From Bacteroidota bacterium (GTDB lineage Bacteria; Bacteroidota; Bacteroidia; UKL13-3), in assembly GCA_947459415.1 (NCBI GenBank), contig CANHDN010000001.1, forward strand, positions 243 to 64,242: a DNA stretch of 64,000 bases, given 5' to 3'. The stretch's first letter is position 1, and each line of letters begins with the position of its first letter. Below the pieces are notes generated by a model, which saw nothing but the letters and a program-made list of their open reading frames with translations, did not search any database and was not told the DNA's origin. Position numbers and translations under genes: made by a program. Of this stretch, positions 9,738 to 19,188 are shown piece after piece.

Positions 9738-11093
9738 ATGATAACATTGCCCGATGCATTTATTGAAAATATCCTGTCGCTCTATTCTGCAGAGGCAGGA
9801 TATTTTTTTGAGGCGCTACAGCAAGCTCCCAATACTTCAATCAGACTAAACAGGTCCAAATTTTCCTATGCTTTTGAAAATGAAACCACCGTATGGTGGT
9901 GTAAAGAAGGAAGGATTTTAAAACAACGTCCATCATTTACAGAAGATCCTTTGTGGCATGCGGGTGCTTATTATGTTCAAGAAAGTTCGAGCATGTTCTT
10001 ATCTGCAATCATTCATTCAATCTCACAAGAGTTTTCTGCTCCTGTGGTATTAGATTTATGCGCAGCACCTGGCGGGAAAACTAGCACCTTGTTAGATTCA
10101 TTACCAGATTCGTCTCTAGTTATTGCTAACGAAATTATAAAGGCAAGGGTGCCTGTATTACAAGAGAATCTCATTAAGTGGGGTAAGCCAAATGTAATTG
10201 TAACTCATAATGACCCGAAGCATTTTCAAAAATTGGAAACTTTTTTTGATATCATTTTAGTTGATGCACCTTGCAGCGGAGAAGGCCTTTGGCGCAGAGA
10301 TGCCAAAGCCATGGAAGAATGGAGTATGGATCATGTGCGTTTATGTGAAACCCGGCAAGCAAGAATTTTACATGAATGTATTGATTCATTAAAGCCCGGC
10401 GGATATTTGATCTATTCTACCTGTACCTTTAATCAATTTGAAAACGAAAATCAAGTAACAATGCTGCGGGAAAGGTATGGATTTGAACCTAAACTAATTG
10501 AAATTCCTGAAGCTTGGCCCATTAGCACATCAGATGCTTTTCAATTTAAATTTTTGCCACATAAGGTCTCGGGAGAAGGTTTATTTATGGCTGTTTTACA
10601 AAAGCCAAACCTTAGCAATCATGCTCATAAATTGAGTAAACATGCTAAACTAAATTTTCTTCCTAAAAAGTTTTTACCAGCTATAACTAAATACTTGGAT
10701 CAGCCAGATTTATTTGATTATTTTATAGAAAACGAATTTGTTTTTGCCTTTCCAAAAGCAATGATTGATGTGTATGAACAATTGCGTGAAGTTTTGTATC
10801 TAAAATCTGCAGGTATCTGTATGGGAAAATTTGATAAAAATGGAAACTTAATCCCAGAACATGCATTGGCTTTATCTGTTCATATAAGCAAAACGATCGT
10901 GCGTGTTAATTTAACTGCCGAGGATGCACGTATTTATCTTAAAAAAGGGACGCTAATTCCTAAAGAAAATTGGCCTCAAGCTTGGTGTTTGGCTTGTTAT
11001 AATGATTTACCTTTAGGGTGGATGAAGGTTCTTGCTAATAGGGTAAACAACTATTTTCCCTCTGAATATCGTATTTTGAAAGATCTTTCATAG
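9738..11093 (+). CDS. NOL1/NOP2/Sun-family RNA (cytosine-C5)-methyltransferase, RsmF-like
   Basis: SAM-binding motif LDLCAAPGGKTSTL and catalytic DAPCSGEG...TCT. The ORF-track start at 9729 is a TTG, so the ATG at 9738 is preferred. Confidence 0.7.
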   Translation: MITLPDAFIENILSLYSAEAGYFFEALQQAPNTSIRLNRSKFSYAFENETTVWWCKEGRILKQRPSFTEDPLWHAGAYYVQESSSMFLSAIIHSISQEFSAPVVLDLCAAPGGKTSTLLDSLPDSSLVIANEIIKARVPVLQENLIKWGKPNVIVTHNDPKHFQKLETFFDIILVDAPCSGEGLWRRDAKAMEEWSMDHVRLCETRQARILHECIDSLKPGGYLIYSTCTFNQFENENQVTMLRERYGFEPKLIEIPEAWPISTSDAFQFKFLPHKVSGEGLFMAVLQKPNLSNHAHKLSKHAKLNFLPKKFLPAITKYLDQPDLFDYFIENEFVFAFPKAMIDVYEQLREVLYLKSAGICMGKFDKNGNLIPEHALALSVHISKTIVRVNLTAEDARIYLKKGTLIPKENWPQAWCLACYNDLPLGWMKVLANRVNNYFPSEYRILKDLS

Positions 11094-11115
11094 GCTTAAA
11101 GCGTTTTAAATAACC

Positions 11116-11123
11116 TATCTTTG
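11116..11123 (+). promoter_or_regulatory. candidate -7 promoter element (TATCTTTG)
   Basis: Matches TAnnTTTG, 28 nt upstream of the rsmB-like ATG. Confidence 0.25.
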
Positions 11124-11151
11124 TGCCTTAAACAAATTAGTTTGGTATTTT

Positions 11152-12360
11152 ATGAAGTTTCATTTAAATCTGTTAAGGGCCGTAAATAGAGCAATATTTC
11201 AAATTTTTGAAGAAGGTAGATATGCAGATAAGGCTTTAGAAAAAATCCTTCGCTCCAATAATTTATGGGGTGCCAGAGATCGCGCCTTTATTGCTGAAAA
11301 TACTTATGATATGGTGAGGTATTGGCGTTTAATTAGAACGGTAGCAGAATTAGAAACTCATGAGTTAAATGAAACTAATTTATTTACCTTATTTGGTACT
11401 TGGCAGGTTTTAAAAGGGGTTTCATTGCCAAAATGGGAGGAGTTTAAGAATGTAGATGAGAAAAAAGTTCAGCACAATTATAAACAAATAAAGACCCAAA
11501 GAAAACTGGTTCATTCATTGCCAGATTGGTTAGATGATTTGGGTTGGGCAGAATTAGGTAAACAATGGAATAAGGAAGTGGAGGCTTTAAATGAGGCTGC
11601 ACCTGTTGTATTACGCGTTAATACTTTAAAGATAAACAAGGCAGATTTAGTTAAAAGTCTCTCAGAGAAAGGCATAGTTACTCAACCTGTTCAGGGTTGT
11701 AAAGATGCTTTGATTTTAAAACAAAGACAGAATTTATTTATTACACCAGAGTTTAAATCTGGATACTTTGAAGTGCAAGATGCCTCTTCTCAATTAGTTG
11801 CAGAATTTTTGCAAATAGAACCTGGTATGAGAATTATTGATGCATGCGCAGGTGCAGGAGGAAAATCGCTTCATTTGGCTGCCATTAGTCAAAATAAAGG
11901 ACGTATTTTAAGTTTAGATACAGAACAGTGGAAACTAGATGAAGCTAAAAAAAGAGCCAGAAGGGCAGGTGTAAGCAATTTAGATACCCGTTTAATTGAG
12001 GGGTCAAAAACCATAAAAAAGCTCTATGATACAGCAGATAGACTTTTATTAGATGTGCCTTGCAGTGGATTAGGCGTTATAAAAAGAAATCCTGATGCTA
12101 AGTGGAAATTGAGCTTGGAATTTGTAAACAAAGTAAAATCTGAGCAGGCAGCAATTTTAGAAGAATACGCAAGAATTGTTAAAATAGGGGGTAAGTTGGT
12201 TTATGCTACTTGCAGTATTTTGCCTTCTGAAAACCAAATACAGGTTAATAATTTTTTAGAAAAAAATACAAATTATGAGCTAGAAGATTCTCGGATAGTA
12301 TTACCGAGCGAATCTGGTTTTGATGGTTTTTTTATGGCTAGGTTAAAAAGAAACGCTTAA
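11152..12360 (+). CDS. rsmB: 16S rRNA (cytosine-C5)-methyltransferase RsmB-like with NusB-like N-terminal domain
   Basis: SAM motif IDACAGAGGKSLHLA and catalytic LDVPCSGLGVIKRNPD...ATCS. The N-terminal approximately 130 aa resemble NusB/Sun N-domain. Confidence 0.7.
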   Translation: MKFHLNLLRAVNRAIFQIFEEGRYADKALEKILRSNNLWGARDRAFIAENTYDMVRYWRLIRTVAELETHELNETNLFTLFGTWQVLKGVSLPKWEEFKNVDEKKVQHNYKQIKTQRKLVHSLPDWLDDLGWAELGKQWNKEVEALNEAAPVVLRVNTLKINKADLVKSLSEKGIVTQPVQGCKDALILKQRQNLFITPEFKSGYFEVQDASSQLVAEFLQIEPGMRIIDACAGAGGKSLHLAAISQNKGRILSLDTEQWKLDEAKKRARRAGVSNLDTRLIEGSKTIKKLYDTADRLLLDVPCSGLGVIKRNPDAKWKLSLEFVNKVKSEQAAILEEYARIVKIGGKLVYATCSILPSENQIQVNNFLEKNTNYELEDSRIVLPSESGFDGFFMARLKRNA

Positions 12361-12361
12361 C

Positions 12362-15001
12362 TTACCGGAGTATAATTTCATCTGCAAACATCATAGAAGG
12401 ATTTCCCGCTCCCGGATGATTGGGAGGTAAATTTCCAGCGTATTTTGCTAAAATGCGTAAATATTTGATTTTTCGTTTTGCAAAGTGGACACTAAAAACA
12501 TGTTTTAATGCATCCTCTTGGTTTATTGGTACCTGATGAGTGATGGTTTGAAAGTAAGTATAGTCGTAACCATTGCTTGAAGTAAAGATTTGTACAACTT
12601 TTGGAAGGATTACCCAGGAAGGTGTATTTTGATAAAAACCCATTGCAAAAGATTGTATACCAGTAGACTTATTTAGCGCTAAATCAATTTGTAAATCGGC
12701 CCCCGAGTATCCCTGCCATAATCCACTTTTCAAATCAAGGGCTGAACCAATTTTGCCATCAACTAGAGCCATTTTACCGCTTGATACATAACTTGGGTGG
12801 TATTTACTGGCTTGTAAATTAATATGTTGAATACTTCCAATGGCTAAATGAAAAATAAAAGAGTCTTCCCTGTAAAACTGTAAATTTCCGTTTTTGTATA
12901 CCCCAGCTTTTAATTGTAGATTTTGTTTACTATAAAAAGGTTTATGAAAGGTAGGTGAAGAATTACTCAATAGGTTATTGCCCCAAGTGTATGAAATGTT
13001 GTTATTGTTGTGTTGACTTATGTAGGTATATTTTCTTCCTTTATGGGTAATTTTCTCATCTGCAGTAAGGTCAAAATAAAAAGGTATTTGTTGTAATTCT
13101 TTCAATAAGTTTTCAAATTTTAACAGGTTTTCCTTTAAGTAAAAGGCCTTGTTTTCTTGAATATACAAAGTAGTAAATTCATCTTTCAAATGATTTAATT
13201 GCCTAGTTAGTATCTCAATGTATTCATTAATTTTATATGGGTTGTTAATTCTATTATTAAGTCTTGAAAAATAAATTCTAAATAAATTTTTTTCACATAT
13301 AAATAGGGAGGTATGAAGGCTAAATAACAAATAGCTATAGGCTTCTTTGCCTATTAAGCCTTTTAACTTCTCTCTCTCTATTCCTGCAATGATTGATTGT
13401 ATTTCTTCTTTTTGTGTGCTGCATTCTATTTCTTTTGCAGAACTTATATAACTTGGATAAAAGCTTAGAATTGGTTCAAACAGGCTTTCATTTCGTAGTG
13501 GATTTGAAACTTTTGTTTGGTGCAAAGCATCATATCGTTTGACCCATTTTTGCATGGAACCTTCCCAAAATTGAGTATTAACATTTTCTTCGAATTCTTC
13601 CCACCTAGCTTTACTATTACTTTCTTTTTCTGGGGCATTCCAGCTTAATTCTGCTCCCCAGATTAAACCTTGCCAATTGTTTCCAAAAAGGGCAAAGCCA
13701 TCATCATCCCAAGTAGTATTTAAAACACCTTTTGCCCCTAATTCATACCCATCTCTTACTAAATTGTAAATATTTTCTTGGGTAACCACTTGGTTTGGAA
13801 ATACATTTAGCCAATTATTAATTCCTGGAGCAACCCAGAACTTAAAGCCTGATTTTGCGATTGGTTGTAAAAAATTTTTGAAACTTTTTGCAGCATCATA
13901 GGCCCATGGTATCAGAATAATGTCCTTAGGTAATAAATTTATAATTTCTGGGTGAGCAGAAATTATATCAGACCACATGATTAAGGTATTCCCTTGCTTT
14001 TTTAGGATTTGATCTATTTTATTGATATGATAGGCATATAATCTTACCAAACCTAAGCTATCTAATAGGGCCTTATTTTGTCCGCTTCCTAAACCAAAAG
14101 TCTCATCGGCATTAATATGAAAATAATTACTTTGATAACTTGCGTGTTGTTCTTTATAAAAGTTTTCTAATAAAGGATAGGTTCTCTCATTAGCAGGTGA
14201 AATAATATGCTTGTTTTCTGCTAAATCTTCATATCCTTTTGTTTTTAATAGTTTTTCTAAATGTCCAAAACTTTGCTGATTAGCAATGAGTTGAACATAG
14301 AATTGTTTGGCGTATTCCCTTAATTCGATTACCTCTGCTGCGCTCAAGCCTTCTTTTGGTGCAATGCTGGGGTGGCTTACATATTTATATACTTGCTCTG
14401 TATAAAGGGTTAGGTAATTGAGCTTATAATGTGCCAAAATTTGAATTTCTTTTTTAAGCTGATTGATACTTGGTATGGGTCCTCTGCTAATATCATCTTG
14501 CCAAGCACGAATTGCAAAACTAGGTTTGTCATAAATTTCGCCGCATGCAATGTTATCTTGTTTGAATAGTTGTTTTAAAGATTGAAAGCCATAAAACAAA
14601 CCTTTATTAGTTTGTGCCAAAATGAGGATGCTGTTTTTTTCTATTCGAATAACATAGCCTTCCTCCCCAGGGTTAAAATCTTCTTTTAAACGCATTTTGT
14701 ATAAAAAAGATTTCCATTTTTTAGCACCAACCCATAGCAAACTAAGTTTTGTTTGAACAATTTTGTTTGCTTTAATTTTTTTTATAGCCTCTGTATTTAC
14801 CCAATCTGTAAAAGCCTTTTGTAATGGTAAGTCACTCGCGTTGCTTTCCACACTAAAATTATTAGAAAAGCTAAATTCTCCTGATGAAATTGTTACTTCT
14901 GATGGTTTTGGGATAATATGGTATTGGGCGTATCCATTCACATAGAATACACTAAATAGCAGGCAGAATAATAGATGCCAATTTAATTTCATTGATACCA
15001 A
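12362..15001 (-). CDS. GH20-family beta-N-acetylhexosaminidase with C-terminal F5/8 type C (discoidin-like) domain
   Basis: N-terminal QYHIIPKPSEVTISSGEFSF is the typical GH20 N-domain. Catalytic-region variant HINADE. C-terminal carbohydrate-binding-like tail. Signal peptide. Confidence 0.65.
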   Translation of the reverse strand: MVSMKLNWHLLFCLLFSVFYVNGYAQYHIIPKPSEVTISSGEFSFSNNFSVESNASDLPLQKAFTDWVNTEAIKKIKANKIVQTKLSLLWVGAKKWKSFLYKMRLKEDFNPGEEGYVIRIEKNSILILAQTNKGLFYGFQSLKQLFKQDNIACGEIYDKPSFAIRAWQDDISRGPIPSINQLKKEIQILAHYKLNYLTLYTEQVYKYVSHPSIAPKEGLSAAEVIELREYAKQFYVQLIANQQSFGHLEKLLKTKGYEDLAENKHIISPANERTYPLLENFYKEQHASYQSNYFHINADETFGLGSGQNKALLDSLGLVRLYAYHINKIDQILKKQGNTLIMWSDIISAHPEIINLLPKDIILIPWAYDAAKSFKNFLQPIAKSGFKFWVAPGINNWLNVFPNQVVTQENIYNLVRDGYELGAKGVLNTTWDDDGFALFGNNWQGLIWGAELSWNAPEKESNSKARWEEFEENVNTQFWEGSMQKWVKRYDALHQTKVSNPLRNESLFEPILSFYPSYISSAKEIECSTQKEEIQSIIAGIEREKLKGLIGKEAYSYLLFSLHTSLFICEKNLFRIYFSRLNNRINNPYKINEYIEILTRQLNHLKDEFTTLYIQENKAFYLKENLLKFENLLKELQQIPFYFDLTADEKITHKGRKYTYISQHNNNNISYTWGNNLLSNSSPTFHKPFYSKQNLQLKAGVYKNGNLQFYREDSFIFHLAIGSIQHINLQASKYHPSYVSSGKMALVDGKIGSALDLKSGLWQGYSGADLQIDLALNKSTGIQSFAMGFYQNTPSWVILPKVVQIFTSSNGYDYTYFQTITHQVPINQEDALKHVFSVHFAKRKIKYLRILAKYAGNLPPNHPGAGNPSMMFADEIILR

Positions 15002-15026
15002 GATAGATTTTTTTGTATTTAATTCA

Positions 15027-17522
15027 CTATGGATTTAGGAGTTTATTGATAGACAGCAATTGAAAATTAGGTGCAGAATGATTTGCTTTTATTTTAAGCA
15101 CTACCTTTTGATAAGGCATTAAATCGAAAAAATTATCTGATACTTCTACCTGGCTATCCTCAAAATGAAGGGCTAGGTCTTTTATTAAAACTTCACTGTA
15201 AAGACCAATTTCATTGTTTGGTAAATACTCAATTTGCACCTTGGGGATAGAGAGTTTTAAGTTTTTAGATTCAGTAAAATAATGAGCTTGTTTAACAATT
15301 TCACCACTGGCTAGGAATAGACTCCCTTGTAAAACCCATTCATTTTTTTCTTTCAAATTCAAATCCTGGTTCAGTGCAAATTTATAAATCTTATTACTGT
15401 TTGCTGCTACCGGTATTGTCAATACGTGCTGATCTAATGCTGTTCCATTTGTTTTCCAAAGTATTAATTGAATAGTAGCTAATTGGTCTGCTAATTTGTC
15501 TGAAATTACCCTTGCAATGATTGTATCATTTACAACATCTAGTACAAGTAGGTAGGGTGCAAAATCATTTTTTACCTGATAGGTAAGTGCTTTTTTTCTA
15601 TGGTAAAAGTCGGTTCCGCTCCATGAGATAACTGGCCAACAATCATTCAATTGCCAATATAAACTACCCATACAATATGGTTTTGCAGACCTATGACTTT
15701 CTATGGCAGTTTTAATTCCTTTGGCCTGAACCAATTGAGATAAGTATACATATTCATCCATGGTTTTAGGATTTGGATATTCTCTCTGCATGTATGTTTT
15801 AATAGTTTCAAATCCCTTCGGATGTTTTTGATGAGCTATTAGTAAACTTGAATCTATTATTTCAGATTTTAATACATTCATTTCTTTTAAAGTATGGGTA
15901 CTAGGTAGTGCCTGAAATCCGTATTCACTCACAAATCTACCAACCTTGCTTTTGTATTTTTCGAAAGGTTCCATTCCCCACCAAACCCCCCAATAGTGAA
16001 TATCTCCAGACTTTAAACTTTGGTCTGTTCCCCAACCAAATGATGGAGAACTTGGCCAATAAAATCTGTTTGCATCGTTATTTTTAATAATTGTTGGTAG
16101 GAGTGAATCAAATAATTGATAATATGAGTTTGCAATCATTGAAGAATCATGACTTGAATAAGCAAACTCTTTTTGCCATCCCCAGTTGTGCCATCCTTCT
16201 GCATTTTCATTATTGCCACACCAAATAGCAAGAGATGCATGATTTTGTAATCTTTTGATCTGTGCTGAAACTTCTTCAGCTACATTATTTAAGAACCCTG
16301 TATCTGATGGATACATCGCACAGGCAAACATGAAATCTTGCCATACCAGTATTCCAAGTGAATCACAGGCTTCATAGAATGCCTGATCCGCATACACTCC
16401 ACCGCCCCAAACACGAAGCATGTTCATATTTGCATCTGCCGCATTTGCTACCAAATTAGTGTAAACATTCGGTGCTAAATTATTTAAGAAATGATGGGGA
16501 GGAATATAATTTGCCCCTTTCATAAATACCGGTTTTCCGTTTAGCCTGAGATAGAAGGTTTCCCCTTTTTCGTCTTTTTCTTTTACCCATTCAATTGTTC
16601 TAATACCAATTTTTTCTGTGATATCGTCCAATGTTAAATCATCTTTTTTTAGTTCAATGCGAACAGTATATAAATAGGATGAACCTAGCCCATTGCACCA
16701 CCACCAAATAGGATTTTTAATTTTTTGAGTGATTGTGCAGGTATTGTTACCTTTCTGAAGTTTAATGGATTTGAATTTGGGTTTATTTTTATCTATTTCT
16801 AATTTCAATGCTAGATTTTGAACTTGATCTGATTCAATAAAAACAGTAAATGTGAGGTCAATTGAACTGTCTTTATTTAGTTTTTGAACATAGTTATGAT
16901 ACTTAATTCTAGCGTTTTTCCAAGTGTTTAAAGTGATATTTCCGATGCCAAAGCTAATTAAGCGTGGGCTCCAATCCCAGCCAAATTGATATTGGGCTTT
17001 TCTTACAAATACCCTTTCTCCGCCAGGCAGGGTATAGGGTAAATTTTTGGCAGCTAATTTGGCAATTTGAGTACTTGGCTCAAATTCAATTCTGAGTTCA
17101 TTGTTACCTATTTTTAAATACTTTTTTATATCCTGGGATAAGGGAGTAAATTGATTTTGGGTAGTAAAAAAATGCTGATTGTTTAAGTATAGCTTTGCAT
17201 GTGTATCTATGGATTCAATATCAAGGCTAAAATTATTTCCTACCAACATTTCTTCATTGATTTCAAAATGGGTCTGGTAAGTCCAGCTTTCTTCAGAAAT
17301 CCATTGAAGGGAAGATTCATTGGTGCCAATGTGTGGATCTGGTATTACATTCAAACTAAATAAGTCGCTATGAACATTTCCTGGAACCTTTGCTTCCATC
17401 CAGGTTTGGTGCTTATTTTTACCTTTAAAAACCCATTTAGCATTTTCTAATAGATTTGTTTGTGCTAGCATCACCAAATATTGACAGGTGAAACAAATAA
17501 AGAATAGTATTCTTATTTTCAT
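15027..17522 (-). CDS. GH2-family beta-mannosidase
   Basis: Beta-mannosidase signature WQDFMFACAMYP plus GNNENAEGWHNWGW. About 830 aa with signal peptide. Confidence 0.7.
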   Translation of the reverse strand: MKIRILFFICFTCQYLVMLAQTNLLENAKWVFKGKNKHQTWMEAKVPGNVHSDLFSLNVIPDPHIGTNESSLQWISEESWTYQTHFEINEEMLVGNNFSLDIESIDTHAKLYLNNQHFFTTQNQFTPLSQDIKKYLKIGNNELRIEFEPSTQIAKLAAKNLPYTLPGGERVFVRKAQYQFGWDWSPRLISFGIGNITLNTWKNARIKYHNYVQKLNKDSSIDLTFTVFIESDQVQNLALKLEIDKNKPKFKSIKLQKGNNTCTITQKIKNPIWWWCNGLGSSYLYTVRIELKKDDLTLDDITEKIGIRTIEWVKEKDEKGETFYLRLNGKPVFMKGANYIPPHHFLNNLAPNVYTNLVANAADANMNMLRVWGGGVYADQAFYEACDSLGILVWQDFMFACAMYPSDTGFLNNVAEEVSAQIKRLQNHASLAIWCGNNENAEGWHNWGWQKEFAYSSHDSSMIANSYYQLFDSLLPTIIKNNDANRFYWPSSPSFGWGTDQSLKSGDIHYWGVWWGMEPFEKYKSKVGRFVSEYGFQALPSTHTLKEMNVLKSEIIDSSLLIAHQKHPKGFETIKTYMQREYPNPKTMDEYVYLSQLVQAKGIKTAIESHRSAKPYCMGSLYWQLNDCWPVISWSGTDFYHRKKALTYQVKNDFAPYLLVLDVVNDTIIARVISDKLADQLATIQLILWKTNGTALDQHVLTIPVAANSNKIYKFALNQDLNLKEKNEWVLQGSLFLASGEIVKQAHYFTESKNLKLSIPKVQIEYLPNNEIGLYSEVLIKDLALHFEDSQVEVSDNFFDLMPYQKVVLKIKANHSAPNFQLLSINKLLNP

Positions 17523-18193
17523 TGCTTAAGTAATGCTTTAATCTCTGAGGCATCTGGAGTTTCTAAATTACCAATAATGGCGGCAGAATGATACCAAATG
17601 GCCCCTGTAAATTTCTTAATTTGGTCTAAATTAGTACTTCTAATGTTTCCACCAGGCATTATGTTTATTTTTTCTAAACCTTCCATACATAATTTAGACA
17701 GGAGGCTTACACCTTGGCTTGCCTCCGTTTTGCATCCTGAACTTAGAATGTTTTTAAAACCTAGTGCGATGGCTTGCCCTAATGTTTCAAATGGATCAAT
17801 GACCTCATCAAATGCTTTATGCAAGGTACAAGGTTTATGATTTGCCACTTTTATTAAACGCTCATTTTGGTTCATATCTAACTGACTACCTATCTTTAAA
17901 CAACCAAAAACAAATCCATCAACTGCTATGCGGTGGGCAGCTTCCATATAATTTACTAATTCAGTTATTTCATGTTCTGTGTATATGAAATTTCCACCTC
18001 GAGGTCTGAGCATCACATAAACTGGAATATTTACTTCTTCCTTCACTTCTCTCACCCATTGTAAATCTGGGCTTATGCCTCCAAGTTCTCTATTAGAACA
18101 AAGTTCTAGTCTATCTGCCCCTGCCTTTGCCGCTATGATGGCTGACTCTTTGTTAAAGCATGCAATTTCAATAAAATGACTACGTTTTTGCAT
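17519..18193 (-). CDS. cutC: CutC-family (TIM-barrel) copper homeostasis protein homolog
   Basis: N-terminal IEIACFNKESAIIAAKAGADRLELCSN matches the CutC family. 4-nt overlap with the upstream GH2 gene. Confidence 0.65.
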   Translation of the reverse strand: MQKRSHFIEIACFNKESAIIAAKAGADRLELCSNRELGGISPDLQWVREVKEEVNIPVYVMLRPRGGNFIYTEHEITELVNYMEAAHRIAVDGFVFGCLKIGSQLDMNQNERLIKVANHKPCTLHKAFDEVIDPFETLGQAIALGFKNILSSGCKTEASQGVSLLSKLCMEGLEKINIMPGGNIRSTNLDQIKKFTGAIWYHSAAIIGNLETPDASEIKALLKQ

Positions 18194-19188
18194 TAAACCT
18201 TTAAATAAAAAGGTGCATCAATAAGTTCCTTTTGCTCTTTAGATTGAATGGCAAAATTAAATCCACTTTGAACACAATATGCACCGTGTTCGCCCAATTT
18301 ATTCAAGGCAATAAAACCTACCTGAATGTCTTTTAAGTTTTTATTTCTGCGTTCCATCAGTTTTACCACGCGCATAACCGCTTCTTTGCATGCTTCTTCT
18401 GGTTTTAAACCTTGACGCATTAATTCTACCACTAATGAGCTACCTGCTATTCTAATTACTTCTTCTCCATGACCCGTTGCAGTGGCTGCCCCAATTTCAT
18501 TGTCTACATATAAGCCTGCTCCAATAATGGGCGAATCACCAACCCTTCCGCGCATTTTAAATGCCATGCCACTGGTGGTGCAAGCTCCAGATAAATTACC
18601 AGACTCATCCAAGGCAAGCATGCCAATGGTATCATGATTTTCAATATTTGCAATGGGTTTATATTGGTTATGAACAAGCCATTCTTTCCATTCTTTCTCA
18701 GATTCTGGTAATAATAGGTTTTCTTTTTGAAAGCCTTGAGATAAGGCAAATTGATAAGCACCTTGTCCTGCTAGCATCACATGTGGTGTTTTCTCCATGA
18801 TGGCTCTGGCCACAGAAATGGCATGTTTAATATTCTCTAAACAAACTACTGAACCTATGTTTCCAAGTTCATCCATAATACAAGCATCCAAGCTTACAAT
18901 TCCATCTCTATCAGGTCGTCCACCTAGGCCAACACTGCGCTCATTGGCGTCAGCCTCAGGCACTTTAACACCTGCTTCTACGGCATCAATTGCTTTTCCG
19001 CCATTTTTTAAAATTTCCCATGCAGCTGCATTTGCTTGTAAACCAAATCGCCATGTCGATATTACTATGGGTTTGTTAGTAACTATTGAAGTAGGTCTTG
19101 TTTTACTATCAAACTTACAAGCATTGAAACCAATGGCTGTTCCTGCCAAAAGGCTGGTTTTAATAAATTCTTTCCTGTTTGTTTTCAT
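18193..19188 (-). CDS. N4-(beta-N-acetylglucosaminyl)-L-asparaginase (glycosylasparaginase, Ntn-hydrolase)
   Basis: HDTIGMLALD...GACTTSGMAFKMRGRVGDSPIIGAGLYVDNEIGAATATGHGEEVIR matches the glycosylasparaginase autoprocessing/catalytic Thr region. Tat-like N-terminus (RKEFIKTSLLAGTAIGFNA). Confidence 0.75.
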   Translation of the reverse strand: MKTNRKEFIKTSLLAGTAIGFNACKFDSKTRPTSIVTNKPIVISTWRFGLQANAAAWEILKNGGKAIDAVEAGVKVPEADANERSVGLGGRPDRDGIVSLDACIMDELGNIGSVVCLENIKHAISVARAIMEKTPHVMLAGQGAYQFALSQGFQKENLLLPESEKEWKEWLVHNQYKPIANIENHDTIGMLALDESGNLSGACTTSGMAFKMRGRVGDSPIIGAGLYVDNEIGAATATGHGEEVIRIAGSSLVVELMRQGLKPEEACKEAVMRVVKLMERRNKNLKDIQVGFIALNKLGEHGAYCVQSGFNFAIQSKEQKELIDAPFYLKV

